This document shows, one piece after another, positions 58,558 through 64,000 of a stretch of 64,000 nt of DNA. A program made the translations under genes and the position numbers. Each line of letters opens with the position of its first letter. Position 1 is the stretch's first letter. A model generated the notes under the pieces. That model had not been told where the DNA came from, searched no databases, and was given only the letters and a program-made list of their open reading frames with translations. Origin of the DNA: Thermofilaceae archaeon (GTDB lineage Archaea > Thermoproteota > Thermoprotei > Thermofilales > Thermofilaceae); contig JAVYWK010000005.1 in the NCBI GenBank assembly GCA_038727095.1, forward strand, positions 1 through 64,000, given 5' to 3'.

Positions 58558-59739
58558 TCAATGTCCTATGAACGATCTAAACAGCAGTGCCGATGCTCTC
58601 TTTACGCCGCTTCCGCGATCCAGCTCGGATAAGTGCTGGTAGGCTCTGACCGCGTAGACGATCGCTGTGAGCGCTGAGTGGAACAGCGCTGCTGCGAGAG
58701 CGAAGAATGGCACTTGTAGGGCGCTGAAGGCTATGAAGTACAGGAGGTACACGTTCCTCCTCCCGTCAACCTTGGCGAAAAGCCTGTCGAACTCCGCGTA
58801 CCGCTTCAGCGGGACCCCTGCGACCAGCGTGAACTGGTTGTAGATGTGCCGCACGAAGCAGTCGACGACGAGCAGGGCTAAGCCCATCTGAAGCGCCGCA
58901 GCGCTCCAACCGTGCAGCGCTAAGCCGGCGGCGAAGGACGCGTAGAGGGCCTGCTCGTACAGCGCGTCGAACGAGTGCTCAAGGTGCCCCAGCTTCGTTA
59001 GCACACCCCGAACCCTAGCGAGCTTGCCGTCAACGCCGTCGAGGACCCCGATCAGGTAGGAGAAGATGGAAGCCTCCAGGAACCTCCCCGAGAGGAAGAG
59101 CAGGATCGCCGGTATCGTTAGCAGGTTCACCAGCACGGTGACCCTGTTGGGTGTCACGTAGCGGCACCCTCCAACGAGGCGCACGATGAGGTTCTCCAGG
59201 GGGGCGTTGAGCGCAGAGGTGAAGTGGACGCCCTTCTGAGCCCAGCGGAGCAGCGCCCTTTCAGCCTCACGTGAAGCCGCGGGCACGCAGGCCGGTCTAT
59301 GCCTCTTTTCAACCAGCTCATCCAGCTCTACGGGGGCGGCTTGGCTGCCCAGAGCGTTGAGGTCCGTTAAGCGCAGCGGGCTCTGCCCGTCCAACGTCAC
59401 CCGTGCGATGACTACGCGCCCCCTGTGCGTTCCCGCGATATCGCGCCCAGCCTTTAAGATGCGCTGCACGGCGTCGGGCGATACGAGGTAGGAGGCGTCT
59501 ATGAGCACGGCCGTGTGGGGCTCCGCGGGGGCCTCCTCGAGGCTTTCAACAGCTCTCACCGACGAGTCGCCGAGCTCTGAGAGGAGCTCCTTCACGCCTC
59601 TGCGGGCGCCGTGCTGGGGTACGACCAGTACCTCGCTGACGCTCTCCTTCAGGAGGAGGATCCAGCGTAGGAGCGCGGGCGTACCGTAGTGCGATGAGAG
59701 CGCCTGGGGGTCGGCTAGGATGTAAGCTTTAACCTTCAC
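58558..59739 (-). CDS. CDP-alcohol phosphotransferase (DIPPS-like) with a degenerate N-terminal nucleotidyltransferase-like domain
   Basis: VTPNRVT, LDGVDGKLAR..G..E..FD motif intact; the N-domain lacks the AAG..SR loop. Confidence 0.75.
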   Translation of the reverse strand: MKVKAYILADPQALSSHYGTPALLRWILLLKESVSEVLVVPQHGARRGVKELLSELGDSSVRAVESLEEAPAEPHTAVLIDASYLVSPDAVQRILKAGRDIAGTHRGRVVIARVTLDGQSPLRLTDLNALGSQAAPVELDELVEKRHRPACVPAASREAERALLRWAQKGVHFTSALNAPLENLIVRLVGGCRYVTPNRVTVLVNLLTIPAILLFLSGRFLEASIFSYLIGVLDGVDGKLARVRGVLTKLGHLEHSFDALYEQALYASFAAGLALHGWSAAALQMGLALLVVDCFVRHIYNQFTLVAGVPLKRYAEFDRLFAKVDGRRNVYLLYFIAFSALQVPFFALAAALFHSALTAIVYAVRAYQHLSELDRGSGVKRASALLFRSFIGH

Positions 59740-61588
59740 GCTCGATCACCGAGGCCGCCCGGCTGGCGAGGAGGGTGATGAAGCCCTTGAACGTCCTGCG
59801 CAGCTCCTTCACGAGGTTGTAGAAGAGGAGGAGGGCGAGGAGGAGCAGGGTTAGAGCGGCCGCCGTTGAAATGTAGCTGCCGAGGGTGGGGGCCTCGCGG
59901 AGCAGCTGCGGCACATAGATGAGCGCTAGCACAACGATTGAGAGGTAGAGGGCGTTCATGGCCAACCCCTTCGCGGAGCTCTCAGTTATGCCCAGCAGTG
60001 AGGATAGCTTCACCGCGTAGATGTCCACGAGCCCACGAAGCCCGGTGAGGATGCGGTAGCCGTAGTAGATGGTCACGACGAGCCCGGCGATCGAGAGCGC
60101 GTCCTCAGCGGTCAACACTGCGGCGCCGAGGTTCAGCTTAACCCCCCTCACAGCGGCCTGCGCCAGCCACAGTACCGCTAGGGCCGCGAACAGCTTCAAG
60201 CCGTTTATCACGATCAATTCCACGCAGCGCTCCGTGGGCCTCACACGCTTCTCAATCTGCGGGTGAGGCGCTACTCTGGTACCTGGCCTGGAGGTTGGCC
60301 GGAGTGAACCGGCGAGAGCCGCGAGGCCGGAGGCGAGCCAGAGGAGGAGGATTGGCTGGATCCAGCCGGTGGGCTGCGCGAAAACCAGCGCGAGCAGCAG
60401 TAGAGAGCGGTCTGCCAGAACCCACGCGAGGCTTCCGCCTGCGGCTAGGCGCCGGGAAGCTTCAGCTCCTGCTGCGCTGGCCAACCCTAGAAGCGCCAGA
60501 GGTAGGAGGGGGGCCGACAGCGCTTCCGGTAGCTGCAAGAGCACTGTGGACAGGAGCGAGGCGTCGTAGAAGATCGAGGCTGCGGTTGAGAGGGCGCTTA
60601 GCGCTGCTGTTCTACCTTGCAGCTCCACTAGGAGCTCGCGAGCATCGGATAGCAGGAGGGATGCGTAGGAGAAGGCCAGTAGTACGAGGAAGGCGGCGAG
60701 GTTGAAGGCGGCTAGGGCGACCGTGAGGGCTGCTAAGGTTAGCTCGGCTAGAGCCATCTTGACGACAGCCTCGCCTCTCGAGTGCGCGGGCTCCCCGAGG
60801 GCTAGGATGCGGCTCACCGGTCTGACAAGCAGCTTCGTCACGGGCTCTGGGAGCGCCTTGTCGCGCTCCCTCAGGATGATCCGGGGGTAGAGCCTCCTGG
60901 CCTCGAGTAGGTCTTCCGGGGTATCAACGTCCTTCCACAGAAGGCCGGTCACATCGACGAAGTCCACGTCCCCGGCCTCGGCGGCTAGATTCAGAGCGTC
61001 GCCGATCGCTGCTTGAGGCCCCCTCCTCGCAACGGCTTCCTCGATGTATCCTACGGCTCTCTCCCTGACGATGATGAGGCCCGTGTCTATCCCGTACCTC
61101 GACTCCAGCCCTTTCCCCACGGCGACGATCCTCCCCTCCTCGATCCTGACTTTAAGCCCCTCTCTCGCCTCCAGTGCGGAGGGGGTCCTGTCCAGGCAGA
61201 TTGTGAAAGCCTTGTCCGAGCTGTGAGCTAGGAGCCGCTCCAGCAGCTCGTACTCGAAGATGTGGTCGGACATCGCAATGAGGAAGGGCGGTTCCACGTG
61301 CTTCAGGGCGGTGTACACCGTGTAGAGGTTCCCGAACTCCTCCCTATCTACGGTGAGCACGCGAGCCCCAAGCTCGCGGCCCAGCTTCTCCGCGTGCTCC
61401 CTCCTCGTGACCACGTAGATCGGCCCCAGCCCGGCTTTGCGCAGCCTCTCGAGGATGAACCTGATCAGCGGGAGCCCGGGCTCGAGCTCCATCAAGGTCT
61501 TCGGTAGGTCTCGCGAGTAGGGGTGTAGCCTGCTGGCTACGCCAGCTGCAACGATGACAGCGGGCATTGACTGCAAGACAGCCCCCAC
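59729..61588 (-). CDS. IPCT-like cytidylyltransferase fused to a degenerate phosphotransferase-like TM domain and a 4-TM domain
   Basis: VAAGVASRL..PK.L, GN.Y, AMSDH, IDTG, WKDVDTPEDL; the following TM domain lacks DGxDG. Confidence 0.75.
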   Translation of the reverse strand: MGAVLQSMPAVIVAAGVASRLHPYSRDLPKTLMELEPGLPLIRFILERLRKAGLGPIYVVTRREHAEKLGRELGARVLTVDREEFGNLYTVYTALKHVEPPFLIAMSDHIFEYELLERLLAHSSDKAFTICLDRTPSALEAREGLKVRIEEGRIVAVGKGLESRYGIDTGLIIVRERAVGYIEEAVARRGPQAAIGDALNLAAEAGDVDFVDVTGLLWKDVDTPEDLLEARRLYPRIILRERDKALPEPVTKLLVRPVSRILALGEPAHSRGEAVVKMALAELTLAALTVALAAFNLAAFLVLLAFSYASLLLSDARELLVELQGRTAALSALSTAASIFYDASLLSTVLLQLPEALSAPLLPLALLGLASAAGAEASRRLAAGGSLAWVLADRSLLLLALVFAQPTGWIQPILLLWLASGLAALAGSLRPTSRPGTRVAPHPQIEKRVRPTERCVELIVINGLKLFAALAVLWLAQAAVRGVKLNLGAAVLTAEDALSIAGLVVTIYYGYRILTGLRGLVDIYAVKLSSLLGITESSAKGLAMNALYLSIVVLALIYVPQLLREAPTLGSYISTAAALTLLLLALLLFYNLVKELRRTFKGFITLLASRAASVIEREG

Positions 61589-61751
61589 TCCTACGCGTGG
61601 ACCGCATATAAATGCTCAATTCAGTCTCGATTCAGTACTAATTCCCCCACAACGGACCTAATTTAAGTGAATTTAAGTGAAGGAAATGCAACTCTCCATC
61701 CGACTCTCATAAGTATTTTTAAGTTCAGGAGCAGTAAGAGCGTGAGGCGGC

Positions 61752-63190
61752 TTGCGCAGCCTGCTCAAGGAGAGGATCAGAGCCGCCGTTGACCTCGTCG
61801 GAGACGCCCTGCGGAGAGAGATCAGCGATAGGCGCGGTTTCATCGAGAGTTTGAGGCGGGAGTACGAATCGAAGGCTTTGAAACCCCTCTGGTGCTTCTC
61901 GGACGACCCGTACGACGAGGAGCTAGCGTTCATCTATGCTGTGGGAAAGCAGGTTGCCGCGGAAGAAGTCTCAGAGCTCAGGGAGGTCTTCGCCCTCGAG
62001 GTAGGGGCTGACGCCGTTATATCTGCGATCCTCTCCGGCGGGATGCGAGGGATGCTCTGGGGGAGTGTATGGGTGCAAGCGGTGCTCGCGAAGTTCTCGC
62101 TGTATCCAGGCTGGCAGCATCCTACGATTTGATCGAGCAGGGGGGAGAGATCCTGCCCCAAGTATTGAGAAGCTTAAGCGCGTCCATCCCCGAGCTCGAC
62201 GATCTCCTGCTCAGGTTTAAGCGCTACTACGCGTCGATATGGCTGGCAGCGATGTACGCTTTAGGGAGCGCTGACGAGAAAAACCTGGAAGCTCTTGCTG
62301 AATCGCTTGCGCTGAGGTTGGGTGACGTGAGGGCAAAAGCCATCGGAGTAATCGCGAGCAGGATCGCCACCGAGATCTTTGGGGTGAAGAAGGTCCCCGC
62401 AACCCCGTCGACTGGAGTGTTGGACGAGGTGCTTTCGCAGCTCGATAAAGGGGTGGCGGAGGCGTGGAGGTCCGTGTACAGCCAGCTCGTAACGCGCCTC
62501 ACCGAGGCGGGGAGACCCGACGCCGAGCGACTGGCCGAAGTGCTGGTACGTGAGGCCATCAACAGGGGTGTGGATCCGGCTTCGATCGATGCGGCGTCCG
62601 TCGACCCTCAGAACCCTCTCGAGGCTTGGAGAAGGTACCTTAACCTCGACTGGAGGCTTAGCTACGCCTACCTTAACATTCGGAGCGAGTATGAAGTCAG
62701 GCTCGAGAGAGCACACGACTTCACGGTGCTTGGTAGGTTGCACCTGGTTGCGCTACGCTCGATCCACCGGGAGAAGCTGAGCGAGATGGTGTACCAATGG
62801 CTGATCGGTAGCGGCACGAAGCCCAAGGGTGTGAGCGACGATTACCTACGAGCCGAGATCGACCAGCTCGCTGAGGGCATCGTGCGCCACGCGCGCTCGC
62901 TAACGGTAAGGCAGGCGCACCTCACCCTGGCCTCGAAAAGGGTGGAGGTGTCGGGTGTCCCAGTCGAGCTCAGCCTCCACGCGAAGCGGCACAGACTCTA
63001 CCTGCAGTTGAAAGTCACGAACCGAACGAAGATCGTTGTGCGGGTCGATAGCCGGAGCGTCGAGAGGACTCTCGACCGGCTGAGGAACGCGTTGAGGAAC
63101 GCCCTGCCACCGAGGGTGAGAGGGATAGCTGAACCCTTGGAGAGGGAGATCGGCGAGTTCTTGAGGACCAACCTTTGGGGTGGGCATTAA
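61752..63190 (+). pseudogene. DUF2192-like archaeal protein split by a frameshift near 62040
   Basis: KERIRAAVDL..YDEELAFIYAVGK; adding one G in GGC GGG AT joins ORFs 61752-62132 and 62069-63190 (SGGDARDALGECMG..). Confidence 0.6.
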
Positions 63191-63239
63191 ACAGCTGTAG
63201 CGCGATAAGCGTTTAAAGCGTGGTGCTGCGCGGGCAGCC

Positions 63240-64000
63240 GTGCGCTCGCGAGTTGCCAAGCTCGCCTTCCCACTGACGCTCGGCGTGCTGGCAGACTCCC
63301 TGCTCAGTCTCGCGGGCCTAGCGGTGGTCTCCCGCATCTCAACAGAGGCTGTAGCAGCCGTGGGCTTGTCCTCCTACCTGTTCTTCGTAATAAACGCGGT
63401 TCTAGCGATCTTCATGGGGGGCGTGATGGTGGTCGCATCGCAGGCGTTGGGGGGCGAGCGCGTAGACGTGGCTTCCGAAGCGACGGGGGAGGCGCTGGGC
63501 GCTGCAGTCGTCTTCTCCGCCCTCCTGGCTTCCACGGCCCCCTTCTGGCTGAACAGGTACCTTCTCCTCGTCTCGGGGGGTAACGAGGTTGTAGCAGCGT
63601 GGGGGTACGAGTACGCGCTGATGAGGATGCTCTCCCTCCCCGCGCTCGCGCTAAACGCCGTCGTCTCCTCGCTCTACCGGAGCGCTAGGATGCCCTGGCC
63701 GACAGCTCTCTACTCCATCATCTCGTCGGCCGTGGGTGCCGTTCTGCTGCCCGCCTTCACCTTCCAATTAAACATGGGTTTGGCTGGGGCAGGCTTAGCA
63801 ACGGCGATTTCGAGTTACGCCGGCTTCTCAGCTTACGCTTTCGCTCGACTACCGCTCCCCCTACGCCTAAAGCTCCCGCGTAGAAGCGGCGTCAAGGTCC
63901 TCCTGCTAGGCCTCCCCTCCGCCGCGGAGAGGATCGTTGCGAGCGTGGCGCAGAACGTCTACTTGAATGCGGTGGCTAGAGGGGGGACGGCTGCTCTGGC
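63240..64000 (+). CDS. MATE family efflux transporter (runs off the window end)
   Basis: KLAFP..DSLLSL..VSRISTEAVAAVG, SQALGG, MGLAGAGLAT, LGLPSAAE; TTTAAA TATA upstream. Confidence 0.85.
   Translation, partial: MRSRVAKLAFPLTLGVLADSLLSLAGLAVVSRISTEAVAAVGLSSYLFFVINAVLAIFMGGVMVVASQALGGERVDVASEATGEALGAAVVFSALLASTAPFWLNRYLLLVSGGNEVVAAWGYEYALMRMLSLPALALNAVVSSLYRSARMPWPTALYSIISSAVGAVLLPAFTFQLNMGLAGAGLATAISSYAGFSAYAFARLPLPLRLKLPRRSGVKVLLLGLPSAAERIVASVAQNVYLNAVARGGTAAL

Overview
GC-rich chromosomal segment from a hyperthermophilic archaeon. Gene content, AGG-rich Arg codons and the leaderless/TATA promoter layout suggest Thermoproteales, most like Thermofilaceae (inference). No tRNA, rRNA, CRISPR array or intact transposase was seen. 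It holds about 50 protein genes: 2-oxoacid:ferredoxin oxidoreductase, pyruvate kinase, BirA/BioY, GMP synthase B, a TrmB-linked sugar ABC/glycosidase locus, oxoprolinase/Pcp, a GH1 glycosidase, an M42 peptidase and a MATE exporter. Main points: (1) a compact, apparently hinge-less SMC5/6-like ATPase with kleisin and kite partners, in line with FEN1 and a DUF72-SWIM protein and converging on an Lhr helicase; (2) three box C/D guide sRNAs absent from the ORF track, two with plausible rRNA targets; (3) an unlisted 37-aa C2H2 zinc-finger gene; (4) three dispersed orphan CRISPR-ancillary genes (Cas6, an APE2256/Crn1-like CARF, a CARF-like/PIN fusion); (5) a tandem pair of reciprocally degenerate IPCT/DIPPS-like fusion genes; (6) an SPFH/arrestin-like membrane operon with a probable ATC start; (7) decay features: a duplicated vapBC relic, an internally deleted oxoprolinase B and a frameshifted DUF2192-like gene. 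All family calls come from reading motifs by eye, without database searches.
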